Part shown: positions 22,601 to 32,566 of the stretch, one piece after another
How positions within the stretch are numbered: the stretch's first letter is position 1
Layout of the letters: every line of letters starts with the position of its first letter
Assembly (NCBI GenBank): GCA_964187785.1
Contig: OZ076409.1
Location: 58,468,001 to 58,532,000, forward strand
Source: Amphiscolops sp. MND2022
Lineage: Eukaryota
DNA: 64,000 nucleotides
Reading direction: 5' to 3'
Notes under the pieces: model-generated
The model's database searches: none
What the model was told of the DNA's origin: nothing
Seen by the model: the letters and a program-made list of their open reading frames with translations, nothing else
Program-made: the position numbers and the translations under genes

Positions 22601-25600
22601 TACTTTGGTCACTTGGGCTGCTTTCATAAACTCAGCAGATACTGCCGCGGTGAAATTGGGAGCATTGTCTGACTGCATCCTCGTTGGCGTTCCATGGCGG
22701 GCAAACCACTTCTGCAACAACAACTTTGAAGTGGTCGCTGCATCGTACTCATCGTGGTTACATGGCACAGCTTCTGCGAGCTTAGAGAAATGATCGATAA
22801 TAACCAATATCCCTGTGTTACCATCATCAGAGGGACAAATTTTCATGTGGTCATATTGGACTAGCTCGTTGAAATAACCGCTTTGGATATTTTTCAAGTG
22901 AAAGCGTACATCACCAGGCTTGTCGCGTACTTGTTGACAAGTGATACATTGACTGACGTATTGTCCAATGGTGCGGCGGATGCCTGGCCAAGTGTGGCGC
23001 TCTTGAATTCTGGCCAAGACTTTCGCGATGCCCTGATGTCCCATCGCGTCGTGGGCCTTGAATAGTATCTCATGCTGATACAATTGTGGCATCACTATCA
23101 TACAGGGGCGTTCATGCAAAGCTCTTTGAGTTTTGGAGTATTTTACACACAAAATCCCGTTGGCGTTTATCAGTAGGAGGTTCTTCTTCTGTTTGTGGTA
23201 GTTTTTGGCAAAGGTGCGCACATTTTCCGGAAAGACGTCATTATCTATTGATTCTTGCATTACCAATTTCTTGATGGCCAATATATGGACGTCACGGTTT
23301 TGTGCTAGTAGTAGATCCTTCAATCCATGGACTGTGTTAGCATGTTCATGCAGTTCCATTGATATGCTGTTTACCACAAACGCGGCTTGTTTTACGTGCT
23401 CTGGTGCAGTGCTAGTTGCTTGCTTTTCCATTAGTGGGTAAGTGGTTCTTGATGGTACGTTAGCAGCATGCGTGGGGAGTAGATAGTCTCGTTGATATTC
23501 CTCGGTCAGTTCTAACCAATCCTCAGGATATTCTGGATAAAGTTCGGCGGGCAGTGTCAATTCTGGTTTTGGCAATGTAGGTAGAGGCGCTCTCATGGCT
23601 TCCTCGCGTATGGTTGCATTTCGTTTGCTTCCTCCGCTCTTTCGCGAGAGAGCGGCAACTGTGGTCTCGGGTGAACTTTGGCTACCCAACCTCTGCAAGT
23701 GTGCAGGCAATTCTGGATGATTTGGTATCACGCGTCCGTGGACGTCGAACCATGGGGCTAGCGGGAGTTTGTTATATTCCTCCTGTGACAGGAAATCCCA
23801 TTTGTCTGCAATTGCGGGTAAGCCTTTTAGTTGCTTTTCGTGTTTTTTGTAATCATTTGTTCGTTTGCTAAGACCATCAGCATTTCGATGTTGCGTTCTG
23901 GGTCGATGCTCAATGCTGAAGTGATATTTTTCAAGAGCCATAATCCATCGACCGATAATCGCCTGATCCATCGAATATGTTTTTAGCCAGGATAGGGCCT
24001 GATTATCTACCCTCAGTGTGAACTTTCGTGGACAGAGGTAACTGTGGTTTTTCAAGATGAAATAGTATGCAGCATACATTTCCAATTTTGGGGCTCCATA
24101 CTTTGCTTGCGTAGCAGTTAATTTTTTGCTTCCGAATACAATCGGTCGCAGTTTGCGACTCTCAGGTGGTCCTTGCCATTGGTGCAGAATACCCGATATA
24201 GCTACACCACTAGCATCCGTGTCGAGAACAAATTCGCCTTCAGTGTCAGGTTGCGCCAGAGCGGTGGCTTCCATTAGTGCCACTTTGATGCTGTTGAAGG
24301 CTCGCTGCTGCTCCTCCCCCCATAAAAATGAAGAGGCTCCTCCCGTTATCGCGTGTAAAGGGGCAACTAGTTTTGCATGCCATGGGATAAAATCCCGATA
24401 GTAGTTGGCAAAACCCAAGAAACTTTGCAATTCAGTTTTGGTTCGCGGGATATCCCATTCTTTCAGCTTGGTGACAGCTTTTGGATCTGGCTTGATACCA
24501 TCTGCGGATACGACCCGGCCCAAATATTTGATCTCCGATTTCATGAAGTCACACTTGGAGACTCTCATTTTGAACCCGGCCTCACGCAGGCATTGGAATA
24601 CTTCGCGTAGTCTATCCATGTGATCCTCGATGGTCTCGGTAGCAATCACAATGTCATCGATGTAGGCCATAACCATACTTCCTTCACGGTTCACTATTCT
24701 TTGTAGCGCTCGCGCTATTGCCCGTTGAAATGTTGCTGATGCGTTACACATACCAAAAGGCATACGCCGCCACTCAAATAACCCAAGTTCACAAGCGAAG
24801 GCAGTCTTTTGACGATCTGCTTTTCGGACAGGAATTTGCCAGAATGCCCATGCCAAGTCAATACTAGTATAGATTTTGGCTTTGCCCAATCTGGATAGAC
24901 TTTCATCGATACGTGGCAAGGGATAAGCGTCTTTGATGGTCACTTCATTAAGTGGTCGAAAGTCACAACAGAATCGCAATTCACCACTCTTCTTTTTGAC
25001 CATGACGATTCCACTCGCCCAAGGGGATAGAGAAGGCTGTATCATTCCCAAAGCTAGCAGGTCACGGACTTCTTGGTTTGCACGTTCTGCCTTGTCAGGC
25101 GACATTCGTCTTGCACCTTCACGGTGGGGTACAGCCCCTGGCTCTACTTCCACCGGGTGCTTGGCGATTTTACACTTACCAATATCGGCTTTGAATTTCA
25201 TAAACAAATCATCAAATTCATTCAAAAGTTTACTAAGCGTGTCGCTGGCGGTCGATCCCCACAAACCGCGCACTTCGTCGAGTTGTGCTTCCGGGCCCGG
25301 TATCGGAGCCATTAACGCCGGATCGGTTCGTTTTTTTACTTCGCGCTCGGACAAGCCTAGTTCTGACGGTTCGGTAGAGGACAAAAACTCAAATTCAGAT
25401 GAAGAACTATATTCAGAAGAGGAGTCAAGGTTCATCTGTTCGTAAACTTTACAAACATAATTTGCATTTGACTGCTGAGTTTCACTTGATTGTCCGGGGA
25501 CAATTTGGGGGATGGCTTTGTGAACCATCGTTACGGGTACCGCGGTTCCTAAAAGGGTGCCCTTTTTAATCCGCTGCACGTTGCTGGTAAGATTTCCTAA

Positions 25601-28600
25601 ACTGACGTAAAGGAAGCCAGTCTCCCCCACGGTCGCCACGGTGTCCTCTAAAAAGATGGCGTTTTTTAACATTCGGTTAGGTGTTTGGAAATTGATTAGC
25701 ACGGTTCGAAATATGAAAGGTTCTAAGTTGTCTACAAGCAGTTTAGCGCGTAGTATTGCGCGTTCAAAAGGTTGCAACACTACGTCCTGTGCAATCGCTA
25801 CCGACGAATTGAGTGATTCGTTACTTACTTGTGTGTGGGCATGGTACCACACTGGTTCAGACGGAGCTCGGACAATGACCTTCATCGCGGTTAGATCCAC
25901 CAAGACTTGATAAGCTCTTAGGAAGTTTCTGCCCAGGAGGAAGTCTTCCACTCCCATGGCGTCGTCAACTACCACGAAGTTAGTTTCCAGTTCGTAGCCT
26001 CCCAATTGGAACTTGACTTTCTCCGCTAGACCAAAAGTTTTGATCGTTTTCCCATTCGCGGCATACAAGTCAATACCATAAGGTCGTAAGAGTGTCCCAG
26101 TGCGCACAGCGACTCGATTGTAGGCTGAGAAGGTGAGGATGGACACTCCTGATCCAGTGTCTATCAGACCACGTAATGGCACGGGAGCAGCATCGGGAAC
26201 CACGAATGAAACTACGAGCGACGCACGCTCATCGATTCTCGCTTCACCAGTTGGTTCTTGAGCATCAATGTTATAGCAGCGCAGCTCCTGTGGTCCCAAG
26301 CAGATTCCAGGAGGAAATGCGTCAGTAATGATAGTGGCACCAAAACGCATGTCAACACCATCTATGCAAACTTTGACTGGAATCGGAGAATAGGCATGAT
26401 ACGTCGAAGTGACACCTTTTACCTGCCATTCTTCCGGTTGGGGCAGGGTCAATTGTCGGCAATTCTCGTTTGCGGTTATCTCGTCTATCAGGGCGTCTAT
26501 GGTGAGTTCTGGGCGGGTTTCCCTCTCAATCGCCAATAGTAATCGGACAGACATGATAGTGCGTCCCGAGGGATCAAAAGTAGTTGGCTCCGGGTTCGTC
26601 TGGATTTGAATCTTGCCACATGTGACGGTAAGGGGCGTTGCCACATGAGCGGTTTCAGCAGGACGAAGCATAAGTACCATTTCACTGTCGCTCATTGTTT
26701 GAGAAGCAGGTGGCTGTTCAGCCCAGAGGCTGTAGGCCAAATCCTCATGTACTGGAACATTTTGGCATTGTGATGCAGAGTGTTCAGTCATGCCACAATT
26801 TACACAGAATACGGGGCCAGAACATGCAGAGGCCACATTATTCTCACATAAGTTTACTCGCTCTTCAGGTGCAGCGCGAGCCGCTGGTTTCCTTGCTAGG
26901 TCTCGACTTGGGCATTCCCTTGCAAAGTGACCTGGTAGCCCACAGTTGAAGCATGCTCCTTGGGGAACCACTCTCGCTGGTTGCTGTTGTGCAGGAGCCC
27001 GTTTTACTGATGCAGGGGCTGGTGGAGCCATTTGGGGTTTAGCCTCTCGTTGTCCTTGGTTAGGAGGTAGTACGTTTTGCGGTAGGCCTGGTGCTGGATG
27101 AACCAATTTTCCTGGCACGAAAGGATGAGGCCTCGATCTCATTGCATACCTTGGGTCGTAAGGTTTTGACGTGTTTGGGCGATGCCGTTGCAATTGTCTC
27201 GTGGTGAACCTTAGGGATTCTACAGTTGGTGGTTCGGTCAGATATGCCTCTGCAGCGTATACCACGGCCAACTCTTGTCGCAGCGTCGGATCATTGACAC
27301 CATCTATAAAACGTTGCAGGATCTCATAACGACGTGTAGTGATAGGCTCATCTGGGAAACCTTGGGTGCGCAGACCTTCTAATGCGTCCAGGAATTGCAT
27401 CCAATCTTCTTTTTCCTGTTGGACACGAGACATGAAGGTTTGCCTTACGTGCATGCGATTCCCACCGGTTCCAAATCTGCTGGCCAAGAGAGAGAATACC
27501 TTGTCGGGCTCGTCTCGTTCAGGTTCAGATTTGTTGATAATATAATTTCTCGCCTCTCCTTCCAGGTGGTCGATGATAGCCCAGGCTCTGTCGATTTTTG
27601 GGGATTTTGCATGCACCCTTTCTAGAAATCGCTTCATCACTGGGAGCCATCCATCGACAGAACCATCTTTAGTGCCTTTGTATACCGTAGGGCGCACACT
27701 AGTTTGGTCTCGATTAGCAATCAGCGGTGCTAGTTCCTTGGACATGGCTTTAGATATTGCCTCGGTAAACCTGAGTTGCTCCGGTGATATAGGCGTTTCT
27801 TCGCTGATAGCTGGTGGCGGGATACTGCTGCCTCGCGTTGAGTTGACAGAGTCATCGGTGTTCTCGGGGAGAGTCACTTCTCGGCGTCGAGTACTGCTAG
27901 CGCATGGGTTGCCCGAGGGTAATTCGTCGTTCGCGGTTTGGAATTCTGCAGCTGATTCTCCCAAAGTTGCATTTGCTGTTTGGAAGGTGCTAGTGACTTC
28001 GGTTAGCATGTTTGCGCGTGTGGGCTCTCGCAGGTCGCTAATACCCATGCTTGAAGTGTCGATAGTTATCACCTCGCATGTTGGTTCTTTCTTGTGAGTT
28101 TTGGTTGTGGGTGGAATATTTTTTGTTGATACCGCAGATGGGATAAATTTCGTCGATGTTGACGCAGCTTCTCCATTTGAGACCAGAGTTTGTGGCAAGG
28201 GCACGTACCTAGCCAAGTGTTGTTTAGAGCCAGATGGGTTTGTCGAAATCGTCACACTCTCTTTTGGTTTGAGGGAGACGCTTTTCATGGGTTTTGGCAG
28301 TGATATATTAGTGTCTTGCAGCAATTCTTTGATAGTGTTGCTTACTGGTGCGGGTTGAGGTTGGATATTTTTCAACATGGTGCCCATTGCTTGTATCTGT
28401 GAACATACCTCTTGCAGTTGAGCTTCCATGCGCACCTCTCTTTCGGTCACCATGTCTTTTATTTCGGCCATTCGATAACCCATGGCATCCATTCGAGCTG
28501 CCTGAATTTCATGTCCTTGCGCTTGTCGCTCAGTCGAAGTTCGCAGTTCAGTTTGTACGGCTTCTATCTCTTCCATTATTGACTGATGCTCTCTGTCGCA

Positions 28601-29443
28601 TCTTGCTTTACGCTCAGACAGTTGTGAAGCAGCTTGCTTCACGCCTATCTGGGCATCTAACAGAGCTTTGCGTGCTTTCGCTGCTTCATGTACGGCTCGA
28701 TATGCTGAAGATCGGGCAGATGCAGCTTTTGATGAAGGTGAGGATGAGCGCGAGTCGCCATGAGGTCCTGTAGTGCCAGTCTGTGCTAGTAAGGCTGGAG
28801 GCCGTACTTGCTTACCCTTCCCAGATGCTCGGGGGGCTGTAGCTTCTTGAAGACGTGTCTTGGCATAGTTCATACCCCCGACATAGGACATTTGCTGCAA
28901 TATCTCTGCCGTGTTCGCAGTGCTCTCGCTGGCCACGCTGGGAGCTTTGAGTTGTCCAGTGGCATTCAAGCAACTCATTTCAGTTTCTTCCTCAGCGTTT
29001 GTCCTGTTGGAGTTGGGCCATGTTCCTGCTTCGTCAGTACCGAAAGGTGTGACGGCTACTTTGGTGAGTTCTTGTAACCATTTGGACGTGTGCGCCTGAC
29101 TTCCTGTTTCGTCTGCTGAACCTCCGATATCATCGGTAGTCTTGGCAACCGGCTTGGCTTGATATTCCTCCGATGCGTCGTCTGACATAGGGTCTGAAAA
29201 ATCGGGTTCCATAATGAAACTGTCATCAGTTGGCCAATCTTCCTCCTTGGGATCTGAGGTCAAGTCTGATATTGCACTGAGGTTTGTCTCGCACCCCGTT
29301 GGATCTGGTGTCTTTGATGTTTCAGTGCATCGCGAGATGTCCTTCCTCCCCCCTCTTGAATGATTAGAGCGTCGCTGGGTGTTCGCGCGGCCTAATGTTC
29401 TCGTTATGGAAATCCAAAGGTTACGCAAACTGTTGGGTTTCAT
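19676..29443 (-). CDS. gag-pol: Gag-Pol polyprotein, 3255 aa, single ORF
   Basis: CCHC knuckles CFNCGLPGHFAREC and CVNCGMTEHSASQC; protease LIDTGSG; RT YIDD; RNase H DTDASG; integrase HDAMGH..CITC, YDH/SDNAPNF/GLVERQNRTL, WRGPH; ~800-aa C-terminal extension. Confidence 0.98.
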   Translation of the reverse strand: MKPNSLRNLWISITRTLGRANTQRRSNHSRGGRKDISRCTETSKTPDPTGCETNLSAISDLTSDPKEEDWPTDDSFIMEPDFSDPMSDDASEEYQAKPVAKTTDDIGGSADETGSQAHTSKWLQELTKVAVTPFGTDEAGTWPNSNRTNAEEETEMSCLNATGQLKAPSVASESTANTAEILQQMSYVGGMNYAKTRLQEATAPRASGKGKQVRPPALLAQTGTTGPHGDSRSSSPSSKAASARSSAYRAVHEAAKARKALLDAQIGVKQAASQLSERKARCDREHQSIMEEIEAVQTELRTSTERQAQGHEIQAARMDAMGYRMAEIKDMVTEREVRMEAQLQEVCSQIQAMGTMLKNIQPQPAPVSNTIKELLQDTNISLPKPMKSVSLKPKESVTISTNPSGSKQHLARYVPLPQTLVSNGEAASTSTKFIPSAVSTKNIPPTTKTHKKEPTCEVITIDTSSMGISDLREPTRANMLTEVTSTFQTANATLGESAAEFQTANDELPSGNPCASSTRRREVTLPENTDDSVNSTRGSSIPPPAISEETPISPEQLRFTEAISKAMSKELAPLIANRDQTSVRPTVYKGTKDGSVDGWLPVMKRFLERVHAKSPKIDRAWAIIDHLEGEARNYIINKSEPERDEPDKVFSLLASRFGTGGNRMHVRQTFMSRVQQEKEDWMQFLDALEGLRTQGFPDEPITTRRYEILQRFIDGVNDPTLRQELAVVYAAEAYLTEPPTVESLRFTTRQLQRHRPNTSKPYDPRYAMRSRPHPFVPGKLVHPAPGLPQNVLPPNQGQREAKPQMAPPAPASVKRAPAQQQPARVVPQGACFNCGLPGHFARECPSRDLARKPAARAAPEERVNLCENNVASACSGPVFCVNCGMTEHSASQCQNVPVHEDLAYSLWAEQPPASQTMSDSEMVLMLRPAETAHVATPLTVTCGKIQIQTNPEPTTFDPSGRTIMSVRLLLAIERETRPELTIDALIDEITANENCRQLTLPQPEEWQVKGVTSTYHAYSPIPVKVCIDGVDMRFGATIITDAFPPGICLGPQELRCYNIDAQEPTGEARIDERASLVVSFVVPDAAPVPLRGLIDTGSGVSILTFSAYNRVAVRTGTLLRPYGIDLYAANGKTIKTFGLAEKVKFQLGGYELETNFVVVDDAMGVEDFLLGRNFLRAYQVLVDLTAMKVIVRAPSEPVWYHAHTQVSNESLNSSVAIAQDVVLQPFERAILRAKLLVDNLEPFIFRTVLINFQTPNRMLKNAIFLEDTVATVGETGFLYVSLGNLTSNVQRIKKGTLLGTAVPVTMVHKAIPQIVPGQSSETQQSNANYVCKVYEQMNLDSSSEYSSSSEFEFLSSTEPSELGLSEREVKKRTDPALMAPIPGPEAQLDEVRGLWGSTASDTLSKLLNEFDDLFMKFKADIGKCKIAKHPVEVEPGAVPHREGARRMSPDKAERANQEVRDLLALGMIQPSLSPWASGIVMVKKKSGELRFCCDFRPLNEVTIKDAYPLPRIDESLSRLGKAKIYTSIDLAWAFWQIPVRKADRQKTAFACELGLFEWRRMPFGMCNASATFQRAIARALQRIVNREGSMVMAYIDDIVIATETIEDHMDRLREVFQCLREAGFKMRVSKCDFMKSEIKYLGRVVSADGIKPDPKAVTKLKEWDIPRTKTELQSFLGFANYYRDFIPWHAKLVAPLHAITGGASSFLWGEEQQRAFNSIKVALMEATALAQPDTEGEFVLDTDASGVAISGILHQWQGPPESRKLRPIVFGSKKLTATQAKYGAPKLEMYAAYYFILKNHSYLCPRKFTLRVDNQALSWLKTYSMDQAIIGRWIMALEKYHFSIEHRPRTQHRNADGLSKRTNDYKKHEKQLKGLPAIADKWDFLSQEEYNKLPLAPWFDVHGRVIPNHPELPAHLQRLGSQSSPETTVAALSRKSGGSKRNATIREEAMRAPLPTLPKPELTLPAELYPEYPEDWLELTEEYQRDYLLPTHAANVPSRTTYPLMEKQATSTAPEHVKQAAFVVNSISMELHEHANTVHGLKDLLLAQNRDVHILAIKKLVMQESIDNDVFPENVRTFAKNYHKQKKNLLLINANGILCVKYSKTQRALHERPCMIVMPQLYQHEILFKAHDAMGHQGIAKVLARIQERHTWPGIRRTIGQYVSQCITCQQVRDKPGDVRFHLKNIQSGYFNELVQYDHMKICPSDDGNTGILVIIDHFSKLAEAVPCNHDEYDAATTSKLLLQKWFARHGTPTRMQSDNAPNFTAAVSAEFMKAAQVTKVTSTAGHPRTQGLVERQNRTLLTLLRVFCSRRMRDWDQYLDEVMGAYNSTRHATTGFSPYMLTRGMEKAIPLTFLYPEFATQSFESHEAYVEHVLARQQEIHDLVRRNTHQAQQRQKLKYDRAIRAKAYEVGEPVWVFCRYIPQKGSPKLMRAWRGPHKVARVLQEGRVYILDTGQKVHFERLKPHHGGPTEWAAVPAHNGEVAIIMDPDPEQSHEEVRDDASQPSYRAEEPISEASDASLPSRQRHWMDTRLRTHMRAGGSRLHYQQFGYSSTESDDERSDVLLSSAQTNPDESVILPSQADEPAPIPEMPISPLPAMEALFSENEAVPDALDVAPNPNIHVPTESAATSLTGTSAPLLTNPSLTDMLSNFPIWPLIDDNDLNPTLDDDGADTPTTNNEKGSIPPVTNPINNDAATTTKLPNASRGRGPRGRPPGRARPRASLPRGHQRRGAIRGTRKRGRPRGRPPRTTHARPNTPTHIRNTPSMDTDSSAPSAAVTSDQAAPPESTNAHYGLRRNRIPRYRCGTCGLRNCECNYMVHAGFPIESQGVLLAREQEKPLPSGMVDRLIIRAEKTYTGLQRSDTPYPVDYILSKMKDSTIARAPCPRFKEWTYDLVGLEFTLPITVPPLPTNIAFGPFNYEREPIQMIRCIPADLLYDKYNVTVKPGDVYQPTSNWWLLVTAKQASDLVHPTNLNTCLESLRTMASPDKITCFHTIDLYRGKTKFEWWLELIIAVLSNFSRIRFLDEWTHSFPSPVSLQSALHALDTWSRANIDNQSLPRSVWQDLGAIKGLLPNACDDALSKDPGRELVYHGAARPQLVDYVQYANTDFLQTPHHIVLCCPANLETSSAALRYVIREHGADAIFQLRPEVGNIVTLPTSLIDGHPQTIHLLITRATPRCPMLADILFGCLDHLKTLLERLEAIEVHFAIVDPERPIRNLFDFYACLMDVFADTPLTVVLHDRVYVSIASVASFP

Positions 29444-31798
29444 GATTTCGCACGTCTCGAAAAAGTCAAAAATCGATCTAGGGGTCGTACCGGCGTGAAA
29501 CTTACACAGCGTGTTGATACCGTGGTGTGGGGCCGGAAACCGTGCGTTTGGGGCTTACGGAATAGCTGATTCGCAAACAATTGGGTTTTTAGACAATTTT
29601 TGAGTTTTTTAAATTTCTTTGGAAATGACTAAGATCCCTCGAACGCAACGTCTAATCGTCGGAAACACTTGAAAATTGGCCACCTGACCTTGTGGTAGGT
29701 GTACTACACGATGGCAAAATTAAATCCAAGCTAGGGTTTTTATTTCAAGATTTAGGTTGATCCGGACGTTCGGTACCTTCAGTCATCAAAATACATCAAT
29801 TTTCATGCTTATTTCGAGATTGTGCTCTACTGAAAAAAGCTGGCGGGCTCAAAATTTGCAAAACAACGTAATATCTGGTACAAATGGTAGAAATGAACTG
29901 TAATTCAACCTCGTTTTTCAATTAAGGTATTCGGATCACTCGGGAAAAATTTGAAAAATCACCCTCTATGCCCAGCTTTTTGAGTGGTACGTTTTTTCTA
30001 TTTTCTCACCAAGTACCGGTTGGATTGACACGAAACTTTGTAGTTACAGCCGATGAGTGTGTACAATGCCGGTGAGACCATCAAAAGGAAGCGCGGACGC
30101 TTATTTGAGGTTTCGACCTTACTTGGACGACACTCATAAAGAAAAACAATCTTAGGCTACTTTCTTCACAAATTGGCTAAGAGGGTCAACTCAAAAAGTG
30201 GTAGGGTTGAAAAAATGGGATCTACGTGTTGCCCCACTACTCGTAACACTAGAATAAACCCTCGAATAGATGTGCCCGTTAAGTACGAGGCACCGACAGT
30301 CCTTCAGTTTTGGATTATTTCGGTAGTTTTACAGTCCTCTGAAGTTGAAACGTTAGAGCACTTTTCTCGATTTTGGTGAAAGTTACGTTCACCAAATTTT
30401 CGGCACTAACGTTAATTTTGGTGGTGGTTACGAAAATGCAACCACTTTTTGGCTAGGGTTCAGGAATCGATGACCCGACCCTAGCTCAGAGACAGTCCGG
30501 TTTTGTGGAAAATTGATCAAATTCAGTGCGTTTTTTCACTTTTCTCAGCACTGAATGGGAATTTTTGCATGCGGTTTTCACTATAGATCGTTAAATTTAC
30601 TGAATAAACTGAAAATAATAGCCCGGGGGCTATTCTAAGTGTAGAAGTGTTCGTCAAATGTCAAGTTGGGTTTCTTCTAAGAGTACTATAGAAAAACCTT
30701 AAAATCACAGTTTTCGTAACTTTTTTCAAGAAGTAGTGGTTATAATTACCAAAATGAGTATTGTTGGGTACCGGCAGGTGTACCCCAACCTAATTGCAAC
30801 CATGCGGGGATGTTTAAAAGCTTTCACACAAGTTCCCCCATAAGTCCAAAGTGCTAAAATGTTCAATCTTTCAAAAACGGGTTTTCTTCCTCACAAAACT
30901 TATACTAAGTGCCTTTTCGGGCAACTTTGAGTACTTCGTCGCGTTTTTTGCGAACTCGTTAGAGTCCTGAGCTACTTTTATTTAATTTCTGCAGGTGTGT
31001 GGCTAGCACCAAGAGCGCTCGCGCTCATGTAGGTGTCTTGCCTCAAAATGGCCAAATTTGGCACTTTTCGTCGAAAATACATGAGGAAACGCACTTTTTT
31101 CGCACAAAACTGGTGCAAAAGCACACACTTAGTTACAGAAGGCTCGTAAAAACATTGGCAAATGGTCGTACACAAAATTTTGAGCAACCCAAAAAAATTT
31201 TTCAACCTGACTCAAAAATATCATACAACCCGGACTGACGAGTCGTGTCTTCCCGTTCTTCTTGCTCATCACCCAGAACAGCCAGAGACAAGCGGGTTGC
31301 ACCATTAGACACGTCAGCATTTGTAGTACGTCTCCACCAAATTTCATTTCTCTAGGTTGCCTGTACGGGAAATGGGATCGGTGAGTCGTATAACTCGTTT
31401 CGGCAGATTGTAGGATTCCTCTGAGTAAGGGTTATCCTCTTCTCAACACTCACTTCATTGGTCATAAAAAGCTGAAAAAGGCTAGAAAACACCTGTTAAC
31501 ACTTCTAGCAGCCTCCCAGCGGCTTGCTAGACCAATATTATGAGTGACCCGTTAAGAGGGTAGACTAATTCAATCGTTACCTGTCAACTACTAAAAAAGC
31601 ATGAAAATCACAACATACAGCGCTTTTTTACAAGATTTACCTTTATCCACCGGGGTTGAAATCTTCAATGACACACACAGGGTAAAAACGTGGAAAAACT
31701 CTGGTTCTCTCTTCTTTCCATCAGAGTCGGGTCGTACTTGGCGTCAATCACCAGAGGGTCGGCTATTTTAAAACCATTAAGGGAAGCACTTCGAAGCG

Positions 31799-31816
31799 AT
31801 CCCTCTGTGGTCGCCA
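31799..31816 (-). promoter_or_regulatory. Primer-binding site of element A, tRNA-Arg-like
   Basis: TGGCGACCACAGAGGGAT resembles the complement of the 3' end of animal tRNA-Arg(TCG) (...CCCTTCGTGGTCGCCA, from memory); 16 nt inside the LTR edge. Confidence 0.75.
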
Positions 31817-31832
31817 AAAAATGATGTCTCTA

Positions 31833-32566
31833 TGTAACGACAAGCTCTCACCATTGTCGCCGCAACCATAAGAGTTAGAGGAACACATGATATGGGTATT
31901 TGCCCGGGACAGGCGCCCATGACCATGAGCTCATTTTGCCTCTATCGGGTAAAAACTGTCCCGTCAGAGGAGGATTCCGCTTCTTGTGAAGTGCTCGCCG
32001 GCCTGATCCAGTCTGTAATTGCTATCAGTAGTGCGCATTACGCTTTTTCTTCGAAATCAACACTTAGACAGCCTTTAAAAAATGCAAGTGGTGGAAAGGA
32101 AAAATCAAGTTTTATCGAAGTTACACAGGAGATTGAAATGAGTAGCTCACGAGCTGTTACAACAAGAAAATACGAAAATTACTACATAATTAGCACTTTT
32201 GAGGCAGCAATTAGCCGGGGACACAAGCACGGATGCTTGGTCAAGCTAATTGACTCATTTTTGGTAATCACAGCGTCTTGTAACGCTTCGCTGAAGAAAG
32301 CACTGGTTAGAACAAAGTTCAGTCCGTTTTGGCAGAAATTTGAGTCTTTTTCTGATAGTGGCCGTGTTTTTCTGCAATCTTCTCGTTCGGTTGGGGTCTC
32401 TTTCGAGTCTCTTGCTCAAATCCTCTTCAATTCCGTGGACAGGTACTTGAGTAAAGACACGCTGCCGTCTGGCGGAATATGACTCTTTAGTAGAGGAGAT
32501 ATAGTCCCTTGAACGAAATTTTCATCGAAATTTTCGAAATCGTGCACTCGATAGGTAGTCGCTACA
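31833..32566 (-). repeat. 5' LTR of element A (734 bp)
   Basis: Near-identical to 13335-14068, next to the PBS, upstream of gag-pol. Confidence 0.97.

Larger units (their letters stand above)
13335..32566 (-). mobile_element. Element A: complete 19.2-kb Ty3/Gypsy LTR retrotransposon, recent insertion
   Basis: Direct repeats 13335-14068 and 31833-32566 with TGTAACGAC...GTCGCTACA termini; uninterrupted Gag-PR-RT-RH-IN ORF in Gypsy order; PBS-like and PPT-like sites. Confidence 0.97.

Noticed and set aside
25530..25800. dUTPase-like beta-rich segment after the protease of element A
   Set aside because: Catalytic dUTPase motifs not evident; similar degenerate segments are common between PR and RT in Gypsy elements.
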